Of a DNA stretch of 64,000 bases, positions 9,263 through 18,478 are shown piece after piece. The notes under the pieces were generated by a model that saw nothing but the letters and a program-made list of their open reading frames with translations, made no database searches and was not told the origin of the DNA. Both the position numbers and the translations under genes were made by a program. Positions within the stretch are counted from its first letter, which is position 1. Every line of letters begins with the position of its first letter. The DNA is from a virus. The stretch lies in the IMG/VR virus record IMGVR_UViG_3300045988_034366; one strand, given 5' to 3'.

Positions 9263-9678
9263 TATTTTTCATCTGCAAAAGGTGGAGTATTACCATCTAC
9301 GAATGGAGGTATTGTGCTCATAGTATGTGAATTATAATCATATAAAGTAATTAGGGCAATACTTGGTATGTCAGATATGCGTGTAGATAAATCAAATAAA
9401 AAGTATTTATTTGACTCATCCTCTGTAGTTTCTATAGGATAGAGGGAATACTGGCCATCATAATCACCATCAAACCCTATTTCTGCAACTATAGTATCTT
9501 TAGAATTAGATGTCTTAGGTCTAATTACAGCTAAATATTTTTCAGTAGATGTGGGAGGCTCTATATTTGTGGTTTCACCGAAATCACATGTATAATGAAT
9601 CTCACTAGGAGAGAGGTTATTTAAATGGTGTTGTACCAGGCTGTGGGGTAGATGTAGTACTAGTAGTAGTAGCATCAT
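9262..9678 (-). CDS. hypothetical protein (138 aa) or +1-frame extension of the upstream fibre-like gene
   Basis: ORF in the +1 frame relative to 9617-10216, overlapping it by 62 nt. The only start is the ATGATG at 9673-9678, inside the Thr-rich linker region of the upstream gene. Confidence 0.4.
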   Translation of the reverse strand: MMLLLLVLHLPHSLVQHHLNNLSPSEIHYTCDFGETTNIEPPTSTEKYLAVIRPKTSNSKDTIVAEIGFDGDYDGQYSLYPIETTEDESNKYFLFDLSTRISDIPSIALITLYDYNSHTMSTIPPFVDGNTPPFADEK

Positions 9679-10216
9679 ATTTATAGAGCTGTATATTCAG
9701 GTCAATAGTAGATAATGCAGCTGATGCACTATATTCAATAGTGCAGTCATTTCCATTATCTATGATGATATTTTGATTAATAGTATCATCTCCCATTTTA
9801 CCCAGTATTGCCACCCTAATGGCATCTACAGTATCATGTAAGTTTACTGATTGTACCCTTAATGAAAAAAATCCTCCTCTACTGTTAGGTAAAATTTCAA
9901 AGTATGTAGTTCCATTAGGCTCTATACTTTTGCTAACAGGTTCTGCTACTGAGGTAGTAGCAACAATATTTACCTTATCAGCTAGGGTACTACTTATTCT
10001 TACTCCAAATGGTGTTGTCGGTACTGTAGGTTCTGGGGTTGAAGAAGTAGTAGTTGTAGGAGGTACTACAGGCTTAGGAGTAGTAGTTGGTGATAAGGCT
10101 TGGGAATATATCTCTTCCCAGCCATTAGGCCCAAACCACTTTAGCTTCCCATTATAAAACCAAAGATGTTCCTTATTAGGTTCAACATTGCTTTCCACAA
10201 TAGTTACATTTCTCAT
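9617..10216 (-). CDS. fibre/decoration-like protein with Thr/Pro linkers (199 aa)
   Basis: N-terminus (VEPNKEHLWFYNGKLKWFGPNGWEE) is homologous to the N-terminus of the 10182-11507 product. The linker TTTPKPVVPPTTTTSSTPEPTVPTTPF is followed by a beta-rich domain. Confidence 0.65.
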   Translation of the reverse strand: MRNVTIVESNVEPNKEHLWFYNGKLKWFGPNGWEEIYSQALSPTTTPKPVVPPTTTTSSTPEPTVPTTPFGVRISSTLADKVNIVATTSVAEPVSKSIEPNGTTYFEILPNSRGGFFSLRVQSVNLHDTVDAIRVAILGKMGDDTINQNIIIDNGNDCTIEYSASAALSTIDLNIQLYKYDATTTSTTSTPQPGTTPFK

Positions 10217-11507
10217 AACTTATATTGTTTTTCATTGTTAATCTATATTGTGCTATAGGAAGGTACAGCATATTCTTCAAATCCATGCACCTAATATCAA
10301 TGTAGTCCTCATATACATCAACTATAGCACCTTCACTTTCCAAAGGTTTAGTTACTCTAGCACCTGATGTATTAGGCTGCCCATTGCTATCTATAGGACT
10401 TGCACATCCTGATACATGGACACAATAGCTGCCTTCCTGCTCATTCTGATAGACATTTTCTGTAGCTTGGTACTTTTGTAGATACCATTTCCAATGGGAA
10501 TGTCCACTGAACCATACAGTATTAGAATATGTCTTACAGAGATTTTCTAGTTTAGTTAGTTGTTCTCCCTGTAGCCAGTTTCCTTGTGGGTAAATCTTCA
10601 ACAGATTTCCTGCTCTATCAGGGAAAAACAAATGGGTTATGACAAAGCATTTCTCTTCTTTATATGCTTCAAGTCTCTCTGCTAGCCATTTTATATCCTC
10701 ATCCTTATAAGGTTTACCATCAGTGCCTAAGCTCCAATAGTACATACCTAAGAATAGGAAATGGAATGGGATGCCATCTACAGTATGGGTAAACTCATAT
10801 GTAGGCTCACATCCTGTATATTTCTTCCACCTCTCTACATTTAACCCAGATTGGGCATCATGATTACCTGGTGTAGCATATACTGGAGTATTGGGTGAAC
10901 TCTCTTGCACATTCTTCTGATAAATGCTGAACCCTCTCTCAGAGGCACTATTGGTAAGGTCTCCTGATATGCAGGTAAATGATACTGACTGCTTATCATT
11001 GAAGAACTTTAATGCTCTCTGAATATCTTCTGTAGGCTCTGCTGACTCATCAGAGCTATTATGCACATCACTTAGTAAGCCAAACCTAAATAGTCTTTTA
11101 CCATATTTAGGCTTGAATTGTCCTAACTCTATATGTCCTACCCTAACTCCCTTAGCATTATACACACCTATAGCATGAGCTGAATAGGGAGCTATGTTAA
11201 ACTTTACAAGTTCATTATAAGTACTGGAGTTGGGCATTTGGCAAATCTCAGCCCAATTATCCAGCACTATTCCCTTATCATCCTCATACTTTAAGAAATA
11301 TGTATCTTGTGGTAAGCTACCACTCAAAGCTATTTTGTGTGTTTCAGCATCAATAGACCCTACTATATTATCTTCTAACATAGAGAAATACTTGAGGCTT
11401 TCCCACCCATTTGGACCATAATACTTAATCAGGCCATTATTTAGCCATAAGACATTTTTATCTAAAGGCTCATTACTTGACCAGACTATGTCTCTAATTA
11501 TTTTCAT
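10182..11507 (-). CDS. virion-module protein with calcineurin-like metallophosphoesterase domain (441 aa)
   Basis: Metallophosphatase motifs LSDVHN, SGDLTN, TPGNHD, ITHLF and FSGHSHW. The N-terminal 40 aa are shared with the 9617-10216 product. Its start overlaps the portal stop by 4 nt (11504-11507). Confidence 0.75.
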   Translation of the reverse strand: MKIIRDIVWSSNEPLDKNVLWLNNGLIKYYGPNGWESLKYFSMLEDNIVGSIDAETHKIALSGSLPQDTYFLKYEDDKGIVLDNWAEICQMPNSSTYNELVKFNIAPYSAHAIGVYNAKGVRVGHIELGQFKPKYGKRLFRFGLLSDVHNSSDESAEPTEDIQRALKFFNDKQSVSFTCISGDLTNSASERGFSIYQKNVQESSPNTPVYATPGNHDAQSGLNVERWKKYTGCEPTYEFTHTVDGIPFHFLFLGMYYWSLGTDGKPYKDEDIKWLAERLEAYKEEKCFVITHLFFPDRAGNLLKIYPQGNWLQGEQLTKLENLCKTYSNTVWFSGHSHWKWYLQKYQATENVYQNEQEGSYCVHVSGCASPIDSNGQPNTSGARVTKPLESEGAIVDVYEDYIDIRCMDLKNMLYLPIAQYRLTMKNNISYEKCNYCGKQC

Positions 11508-13933
11508 TTTGTACTATTTGAGCTATTAGACCTGTTCTTAGCCTGCCTTAGACTAATCTTGTCTTTAAGCTGGTTATCTTCTCTATGCTTGTCTTTATCA
11601 AATGCCAACTTCTCTCTGTCCAATTTGAGTCTTTCATCAAATTGTCTCATTTTCTCTAGGAGATTTGCTCTAGCTTCTTCACTAAATTCAGGCTCTATGA
11701 CACCATCTTCTTCACCTTCGCTGCTAGCATTGATTTGGGCAATGAGAATTTTAGTTTCATTATCTCTTTGGTTAAGAGCATCTTCTTGCTGCATCTTAGC
11801 TTGCTCCAATTGTGCTTTTTGCTCAATTTCTTGCTGCTGTATTTGAGCTTGCTGCTGTTGAGCTTGGGCTTGCCTCTCTTGGATATTTCTCTCATCCTTT
11901 TCAACAAGTCTCTGCTTCTCAGCAAGTGAAGATGAACTAAACAGCTTCATAATAGTAGAGAAAGACAATGTTTGATTCTGTAGAGCTGCCTGTGCTAAGG
12001 TATCAAGTTTCTGATTAAGCTCTTGCATACCATTGCTGTTGTCTACCACAAGACCATAGTCAGCTTCTGCAAACTCATCTCCATCTATGTCCACTATTCT
12101 CTGAGAGTTATCAGATAATATATAGGAGAATTTCTTACTTCTGCCTCTTAGTGCAATCTTTGCTGTCTCTAAGAAGCACTCTAATGCTCTCTTCTTTACA
12201 TCCTCATGAACTACAAATAGCCACTCGGTAATATGAGAAGATTGTAATGTAGCTCTTTCTACTCCACCTACAGTCTCTCTATTACTTATTTGGCCTTCTC
12301 TTTGCTTGGTGATACCAGCAACTTCAGCCATTTCCATCTTGATAAATTCAAGGAGATTGATATACTGCTGTATCTGATTTCCATCGGAAGCTGCAATAAC
12401 TCCAGTAGAGGCATTATTCAATGCTCCAGCAAGTTTGCCTGTAGCAGCACCTATATTACCTTCATTGAAGCTATCTTCAACTGCAAGACCCATTGTCTTT
12501 GCATAGTATAGCCACTTTTCTACATCCCATCCTTTAGGTTTCTTAGCAAAGTCAAGTCTAACCAATGACCCCCAGTTCCTAGCTATCAACTTATTCAGTC
12601 TATCATGTATAGCATCATACAGATAATTGTATGGCTTCATCATATCTACTAAGCTGAAAGGTCTAGTATCATTAAGGTTATAGATAGAGCCAACTATCCC
12701 AAAGTGACACCTTGAAGGATTACTCAGTCTATTATACTGAACTATCCTTGGTCTCATATTGACATAAATGTCAGTACCTATTTTAGTTCCCTCCCATGCC
12801 TCGTTGATGTAGAATATCTGCTCTTCCTCTCCAGCATCCTTATCTATAACATAAGTTTCTGGGTAGAAGTTAAATACTTCTTCTCCAGTCTGAGGGTCAT
12901 AGCTTCTTACTTTCTTAATCCTTCTTCTTGATTTCCAATATACTCTAAGTACTCTCAAGTTCCCAGCCATATCATAAGGTAAGAGAGAGTTATTTACTCC
13001 ATCATAAGCACCCATAGGGTCCCAAAAGAAGCCTTCAGTACTCATCTCATCTCCTATCATATGATTATTGACAAAGCCATATCTTTCGTCAATGTTGTCC
13101 ATTGAGTCTACAGCATCCTGTCCTACATGGTCAGGCATCTTTTCTATATACTCCATGTCCTTCTTTGTCAATACATCATAGAAAGTATCAATTACTTGTG
13201 CAGGAGACCAATAGTCCTCAAGGACTATCATGTCAGCATCTTCTATTCTGTTGCTGTAGCCTCCTTTAAATATTCTTACCTTGAGTGGATTGAGTTTCTT
13301 AATGATGGGTTCTCCGCCAACTATGTCACATTGGTAGATTTCTTCACCAACTGCCATAGCATCCATGAACCCTTGGTTAAACATAAGAGGGATATTATAC
13401 TCCTTAATGTAATGATTAAGAAGGGCATTAGCCCTAATCTCCCTCATATCTTGCCACTCATAGGTATAATAGTCATTTATTCTTTCAAGCTCTTGGTTTG
13501 CCTCTTCTTCAGATTGGGCAGTATTTGATACCCATTCCTGTAATCTTTGCAGTAGTTCTTGCTTCTTATTGTTCTCAATCTCTGTAATAGCATTAGGATT
13601 GGTTACTACAACCTTAAAGTCAAATACTCTTTTACTTTCCTCACCACTTAACACTCTTAACTTGCTATTGATGATAGGATAGTGCTGTATTCTATCAGGA
13701 ATAAATCCTGCTTGTAGATTATCAGGATTCAGTATCATCTCAAGGTCACTCATGTGGAGTTTACCATTGAGTAAGTCATAGTTTATTTTCTTATGGATTA
13801 CAGATTTTCTGACTAAACTATAATTGAAGAAGGTCTTACTGTCTGCCCAATCCAAGTGCTTCTTCCTCCAAGCCTTATTTTTCTTACTAAAGGGGAGTTG
13901 CTGTGGAGGCAAATTTATCATTTCATATCCCAT
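11504..13933 (-). CDS. portal protein candidate (~809 aa)
   Basis: Large ORF immediately downstream of TerL with a Gln/Glu-rich C-terminal tail. The track start at 13984 lies upstream of the promoter -7 box, so the ATG at 13933 (MGYEMINLPP) is preferred. Confidence 0.7.
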   Translation of the reverse strand: MGYEMINLPPQQLPFSKKNKAWRKKHLDWADSKTFFNYSLVRKSVIHKKINYDLLNGKLHMSDLEMILNPDNLQAGFIPDRIQHYPIINSKLRVLSGEESKRVFDFKVVVTNPNAITEIENNKKQELLQRLQEWVSNTAQSEEEANQELERINDYYTYEWQDMREIRANALLNHYIKEYNIPLMFNQGFMDAMAVGEEIYQCDIVGGEPIIKKLNPLKVRIFKGGYSNRIEDADMIVLEDYWSPAQVIDTFYDVLTKKDMEYIEKMPDHVGQDAVDSMDNIDERYGFVNNHMIGDEMSTEGFFWDPMGAYDGVNNSLLPYDMAGNLRVLRVYWKSRRRIKKVRSYDPQTGEEVFNFYPETYVIDKDAGEEEQIFYINEAWEGTKIGTDIYVNMRPRIVQYNRLSNPSRCHFGIVGSIYNLNDTRPFSLVDMMKPYNYLYDAIHDRLNKLIARNWGSLVRLDFAKKPKGWDVEKWLYYAKTMGLAVEDSFNEGNIGAATGKLAGALNNASTGVIAASDGNQIQQYINLLEFIKMEMAEVAGITKQREGQISNRETVGGVERATLQSSHITEWLFVVHEDVKKRALECFLETAKIALRGRSKKFSYILSDNSQRIVDIDGDEFAEADYGLVVDNSNGMQELNQKLDTLAQAALQNQTLSFSTIMKLFSSSSLAEKQRLVEKDERNIQERQAQAQQQQAQIQQQEIEQKAQLEQAKMQQEDALNQRDNETKILIAQINASSEGEEDGVIEPEFSEEARANLLEKMRQFDERLKLDREKLAFDKDKHREDNQLKDKISLRQAKNRSNSSNSTK

Positions 13934-13955
13934 ATTCTTCAATATATTTGTTGTG

Positions 13956-13987
13956 CAAAGGTAACTAAAATAGTTAATCTGCACAAG
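13956..13987 (-). promoter_or_regulatory. Bacteroides-type promoter (CTTG-N20-TAccTTTGcac)
   Basis: -7 box at 13956-13963 and -33 at 13984-13987 on the minus strand. The ATG at 13933 lies 22 nt downstream. Confidence 0.6.
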
Positions 13988-14031
13988 ACTATAAATGATT
14001 TACTAAGCAATACGCCCTATTTTTACTAAAT

Positions 14032-16332
14032 TTACTGCCTGAATCTAGAATCATAGTTTCTCTTGAAGAATGGGTCATTCCCATCATAGCTACTATTAGC
14101 TTTTTCTTGCTTCTCTTTGCTAACATCTCCCTGATACCTTATCATTCTATCTTCTCTTAGGAGCATCAGCATACCCATAGCAGATATTCTATCAAAGTTG
14201 CCTTCAGAGTTATAATTGATAAGCTCTTTAAGTAATGCTCTATTCCTCACAGTAAATAGCCTAGGTACTAGTACTTCTTTCTCCTCCCCATCAATAGTCT
14301 GCATAATAGGAACTGGAGATAATAGCCAGCTTCTTAATCTGCTTCTTGCATAGGCATTGATGGCAGGAGAGGCATTAGTACCCTTTGATTTATTACCATA
14401 GCCTTCCTTCATCATTTGCTTTTCTTTCAAGAAATCTAATACATCAGTAAGTAGGTATAAACTATTCCTTGTAGAGAAGTGGGAAAATAGACCTTTCTTG
14501 TTATACTCATAATTTAGCCTGCCATTGTAAAATAAGCACAGCTTTCTACAAATCTCATAATAGTCATCTGCATAGAGAGGTCTTCCAGTGTATTCAGCCA
14601 CTATCCTATCTGTCCATAAGTCTAATACAAAAATTGAACCCAAAGACATAGTATTTGACTCATCATCATCATAAGGGTCAGCTCCTAATATATATCTATC
14701 ATTAAATGGTTTGCCTGTATTCTTATCAATCTTAGGCATTTGGTATATCTCAATAGCACCCTCAATCTTATTATCCTTATGGGGAAAGTCTCTGATAGGC
14801 TGTGCAGAAGTAGGCTTATATTCTATCTGACCTTCTTTGTTAAATACTAAATCTCCAACATAGACATCATCATACTCTGTAGGATTAGCATCTAATTGAC
14901 CTAATCTTTCAGTCAAGTCAGCTACAGGGAACATATTTACACCTGTTTTGACAATAGCCTCAGCAGGGGTAATAGGGACTTCAGCAATAGTCTTAATGAT
15001 AGTATTAGGGTCAGTAGAGTTATACTTTACCCTATATCTATTCATAAGAATCTCAATAAGAGCTTTGATTACATCAGATACACCATCCTCATTATAGCAT
15101 CCTTTTCTATTTACATAGCCAGGGAAAAAGAAAACAAAGTAAGGTTTACCTTGATTAAATTTATCATATACATTAGGTATGGCATACATATTATAACCCT
15201 TTGGGTTATACATAATTTCCTGAGCACCAGCAAAGTCTGATTCATTATCACCAGCAGTACCCAACATATAGATTTGACCAAAGACAATATCACCTTCCTG
15301 TACTGAAGGCAGCAATACATTATATAGGTCTACAAGTCTTGGAAATGTACCAAACTCTTCAATAAGGATTTTGGCAGCTCTCTTACCTCTCAACTTAGAT
15401 TCATCATCCTTAGATGATACACCAAGTACTGTATTCTGAGTACCCCTTTCAATGTCCAACTCTACATCCTTATACCCCATTATCCATGTCATTTCCTGCA
15501 AAGAGTTCTTTAATCTCTTTCTTGGAAACTGGGTATTAGTTGCACAGAAATTAGCCATATCTACAAACTTATTAAGAACACCATCCTTAGTAAGGTACTC
15601 CTTCTGATAGGCAGTTACTATACCTTTTACCTTATCATGTGCTTCCTCATTCTCACCTACCACAAAGATATGGTTAAGAATAGAAGCAAGACTATATGAC
15701 TTACCTTTACCTCTGGAGGCAAGTTCTGCCATGTGTTGCCCACCATCAAAGTTATTATATAGACCTCCATTAGATGCTTGGTCTAGACAATGGAATCTCC
15801 AGTAGATGCCTTCCCAACATTCAGGAAGTGCTTCTATTCTATCAGCTCTTTTGGACTTTCTCTTTTTACCATTCTTATCCTTATACTCTCTAATCTTAGA
15901 GAGCATCATAGGAGAGTAATTAAGAAACCAGTACATATAACCTGTAACCCATTCCCCATCGCTTTCCCTCACATAGCCTTCCCAGATTCTTCTTCTCTCC
16001 TCTCTTATCCACTTGCCATATTCACTATTAGGATTAGCATTAGGTCTGAGGTTAGTAAATGTACCATATTTCTCATAATGTAGAGCAGATGGTCTGAAAT
16101 AGTCCATATTCTCAAGTATGTGAGGATTAGCTAAGTCCACAATGATTCTACCTCTATCATCTCTTGGTCTATCCTTAGCATGCTCTCTTGTAGGACTTAT
16201 TAGCCTTTTGACAAATTCTACATTATTTATAATATCAAACAATTGGTCCTGAACCTCCTGAGGAAGGCTATTAACCAATTCCTCAGTCAGCTCAGTCTGA
16301 TATTCATTCATTGGTATCTTCTGAAACTCCAT
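14032..16332 (-). CDS. terL: terminase large subunit
   Basis: 766 aa. Walker A is ASRGKGKS and Walker B-like is AAKILIEEFG. Nuclease-domain acidic motif LGADPYDDDE. Lies upstream of the portal gene. Confidence 0.85.
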   Translation of the reverse strand: MEFQKIPMNEYQTELTEELVNSLPQEVQDQLFDIINNVEFVKRLISPTREHAKDRPRDDRGRIIVDLANPHILENMDYFRPSALHYEKYGTFTNLRPNANPNSEYGKWIREERRRIWEGYVRESDGEWVTGYMYWFLNYSPMMLSKIREYKDKNGKKRKSKRADRIEALPECWEGIYWRFHCLDQASNGGLYNNFDGGQHMAELASRGKGKSYSLASILNHIFVVGENEEAHDKVKGIVTAYQKEYLTKDGVLNKFVDMANFCATNTQFPRKRLKNSLQEMTWIMGYKDVELDIERGTQNTVLGVSSKDDESKLRGKRAAKILIEEFGTFPRLVDLYNVLLPSVQEGDIVFGQIYMLGTAGDNESDFAGAQEIMYNPKGYNMYAIPNVYDKFNQGKPYFVFFFPGYVNRKGCYNEDGVSDVIKALIEILMNRYRVKYNSTDPNTIIKTIAEVPITPAEAIVKTGVNMFPVADLTERLGQLDANPTEYDDVYVGDLVFNKEGQIEYKPTSAQPIRDFPHKDNKIEGAIEIYQMPKIDKNTGKPFNDRYILGADPYDDDESNTMSLGSIFVLDLWTDRIVAEYTGRPLYADDYYEICRKLCLFYNGRLNYEYNKKGLFSHFSTRNSLYLLTDVLDFLKEKQMMKEGYGNKSKGTNASPAINAYARSRLRSWLLSPVPIMQTIDGEEKEVLVPRLFTVRNRALLKELINYNSEGNFDRISAMGMLMLLREDRMIRYQGDVSKEKQEKANSSYDGNDPFFKRNYDSRFRQ

Positions 16333-16657
16333 TATATTCTCCCTTTATAACTGCTTCATAAAAATCAGAGCCTATCCAATTAAATATAAGATGACATAAT
16401 TCAGTATTTATATACTGTTGCATAGACTCCTCTTGCCCTTCTAGTACTTTAGCAGAATGGCTAAGTGAAATAACTATATGCCTATTCTTTCCTTTGACAA
16501 ACCATAGGACAGCCTTATATGTTTTATAGACTTTGAAAGTAGGATGAGGTTCTACTACTCTTTGCAATACTAAGTGCCCTTTAGATGAAATATCTCTCTC
16601 ACTTCTCCTATCTTCAATATGCCTATTAAGTCCTTCTACTATATCTTCAGCTCTCAT
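16304..16657 (-). CDS. hypothetical protein (117 aa)
   Basis: ORF overlapping both neighbours (29 nt with terL, 4 nt with the upstream gene), consistent with operon packing. Confidence 0.6.
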   Translation of the reverse strand: MRAEDIVEGLNRHIEDRRSERDISSKGHLVLQRVVEPHPTFKVYKTYKAVLWFVKGKNRHIVISLSHSAKVLEGQEESMQQYINTELCHLIFNWIGSDFYEAVIKGEYNGVSEDTNE

Positions 16658-17202
16658 ACGTAATCCATGAAATAAATGTTGGTACTATCCTTCTTTAGTA
16701 TATCATTGATAATAGGATTATGCTTCTTTGCCCATCTCTTAATGGTAGAGAAGAAATTAAACCTCTTGATATTGTCCCAAAAAGATACTCCTGATAACCA
16801 AGGAGTATAGGTATAATCAAATATATGTAGGTCTCTGTCAAGTATGACCTTCCACCCACTCTTTATACAAGCAAAAGAAAGAGCTAGGCATGAAGCACTC
16901 TTCAATACCTCTTCTCTGAATAGGTCTTCACTACCTTCTCTTTCAAGTATAATCCTAACTTTATATACTGAGAATATATTAACTATCTCTCCTATACTCT
17001 TAAATGTAAGGTCAAAATCTACCAACCCATGACATACTCTCCATACATCTCCATCTCTTCTTACTCTTACATCAAAGTAGGTTACTCCTATTTCTTTCTG
17101 CTGTGCTATACTCTTTACTTGAGTCCTCCATAGGAAAGAGAACCATTCAAATAACTTCTTCCTAGCTGGCAAGAATGTATAGCTATCATGTGTCCCAATC
17201 AT
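16654..17202 (-). CDS. PI-PLC X-domain-like phosphodiesterase (182 aa)
   Basis: N-terminal GTHDS motif, followed by YFDVRVRR...VCHGL. This matches the two catalytic-His blocks of PLC-like phosphodiesterases. Confidence 0.5.
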   Translation of the reverse strand: MIGTHDSYTFLPARKKLFEWFSFLWRTQVKSIAQQKEIGVTYFDVRVRRDGDVWRVCHGLVDFDLTFKSIGEIVNIFSVYKVRIILEREGSEDLFREEVLKSASCLALSFACIKSGWKVILDRDLHIFDYTYTPWLSGVSFWDNIKRFNFFSTIKRWAKKHNPIINDILKKDSTNIYFMDYV

Positions 17203-17738
17203 AATGTCAAATCATCTTCAAAGATTGTCTTTTCTCCAGAACCTCTCATCTTACCTGAACTCTTCATTTCAGAGTTAAGTGCTTTTTCAGCTTCATCTAA
17301 ATCCTTTACAAGAGGAGGTATTTGCTTTATAAGAGCACCTACTTCCTTCAAGTCCTTAATCTCTAGGTCATCAAACTCTTGAGCCTTTAATCTCTTTCTA
17401 TATTTATCAACCATAAATCTCGTGTCTTCAAGGAGTAAAGCAGATATAGGCTTGAATGACATATAGAAATCCATAGCCTCTGTGACTATTCTGTCAGGCT
17501 GCCATTTAGGAGGTAGTCCTTCTCCCTCTTTAATAGCTTCCATTCTCTCCTTTTCATCTACAAGATATTGGTAATCACTTCTAGGGTCACAGAAAAAGTA
17601 AATGAACCCTAATTCCATTATAGCTTTATCCTTATTAACAGTCCTGTCTCTTTGCCATATCTGTCTAAAAGGCTTCAAAGCAAAGGCTTCTTCTGATATG
17701 ACTATTTTATATCCTTCGTATCTAAACAGCTTAAGCAT
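17199..17738 (-). CDS. hypothetical protein (179 aa)
   Basis: First gene after the terminator at 17748-17784 and 4-nt overlap with the next gene. Small terminase is possible by position only. Confidence 0.65.
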   Translation of the reverse strand: MLKLFRYEGYKIVISEEAFALKPFRQIWQRDRTVNKDKAIMELGFIYFFCDPRSDYQYLVDEKERMEAIKEGEGLPPKWQPDRIVTEAMDFYMSFKPISALLLEDTRFMVDKYRKRLKAQEFDDLEIKDLKEVGALIKQIPPLVKDLDEAEKALNSEMKSSGKMRGSGEKTIFEDDLTL

Positions 17739-17747
17739 AAATTTGGT

Positions 17748-17784
17748 AAAAAAAAAAGAGTAATCAGATATTCCTGATTACTCT
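17748..17784 (-). terminator. intrinsic terminator (hairpin also readable on the plus strand)
   Basis: 11-bp stem AGAGTAATCAG/CTGATTACTCT (17757-17784). On the minus-strand RNA it is followed by a U run (plus-strand A10 at 17748-17757, whose last A is the first stem base). Confidence 0.8.
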
Positions 17785-17790
17785 TTTGAG

Positions 17791-18213
17791 TTATACAATT
17801 AATTTCTTTTCTGCTGGCTTAATGAGAGGTGAAGGAGCTGGGTCAGGAACATCTTCCCACTCTTCAATAATAAAGTCAATATCCCTATCTTGAAGCAATA
17901 GGCACTGCTTTCCATCCATCTCTACCACATCAAAGTTATAAGTAGTAACAGGATTATCTGTCACAACTCCATCTTTCAATGAGCCTGCTTGGTGCTTCCT
18001 CACTGCAAATCTTGCAGGATTAACACATACTATATCACCTACTTTAATATCTCTTACAGAACTACCTACTGCAAGTACTTTCTGATATTCTTTAAGACCT
18101 CCTTGCTGTCTGGCAGTATCTATAAGACCACCAATCTTTACATCCTTCTCATACTTATCCATTGTAGTGATAAGTGCAGTGAACATTGGCTTTATCTTTT
18201 TAACTTTAAGCAT
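17791..18213 (-). CDS. GroES/Cpn10-like co-chaperonin (T4 gp31 analogue)
   Basis: IKPMFTALITT...IGGLIDT...KVLAVGSSVRDIKVGDIVCV follows the GroES pattern: (I/V)(K/R)P, GG(I/L), xxAVG, VGDxV. Confidence 0.5.
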   Translation of the reverse strand: MLKVKKIKPMFTALITTMDKYEKDVKIGGLIDTARQQGGLKEYQKVLAVGSSVRDIKVGDIVCVNPARFAVRKHQAGSLKDGVVTDNPVTTYNFDVVEMDGKQCLLLQDRDIDFIIEEWEDVPDPAPSPLIKPAEKKLIV

Positions 18214-18478
18214 TCTTCTCCCTAATTTGCTTGATTAACTTATATCTCTTTTTCATGCCCAACATCCTATCATAAGTGCAATTTAGTTTGCCTAATGAGG
18301 GGATGTTAAAATTGGTTCTTAACTTAGCAAAATCCTCTTCATTAAGATTCTCCTTTAATGGTAAGGATTGTATATGGTTTTTTATAAATAACCAATATGC
18401 CTTATATGCCTTATCTACCACTTCCTTTGGTAAATTCAACTCTCTAGATACCTTACCTACTATATCAGGATAACTCAT
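18206..18478 (-). CDS. HU/IHF-like DNA-binding protein candidate (90 aa)
   Basis: The N-terminal pattern DIVGKVSRELNLPKEVVDKAYKAYWLFIKNHI and the later NIPSLGKL resemble the HU/IHF fold. Weak. Confidence 0.4.
   Translation of the reverse strand: MSYPDIVGKVSRELNLPKEVVDKAYKAYWLFIKNHIQSLPLKENLNEEDFAKLRTNFNIPSLGKLNCTYDRMLGMKKRYKLIKQIREKNA

Noticed and set aside
13934-13984. The longer portal start at 13984, and likewise the TTG starts at 20599 and 23938 used by the track.
   Set aside because: These extensions include or lie upstream of the -7 promoter boxes, or use TTG starts. ATG codons 22-24 nt downstream of the boxes (13933, 20572), and the ATG at 23893, fit better.
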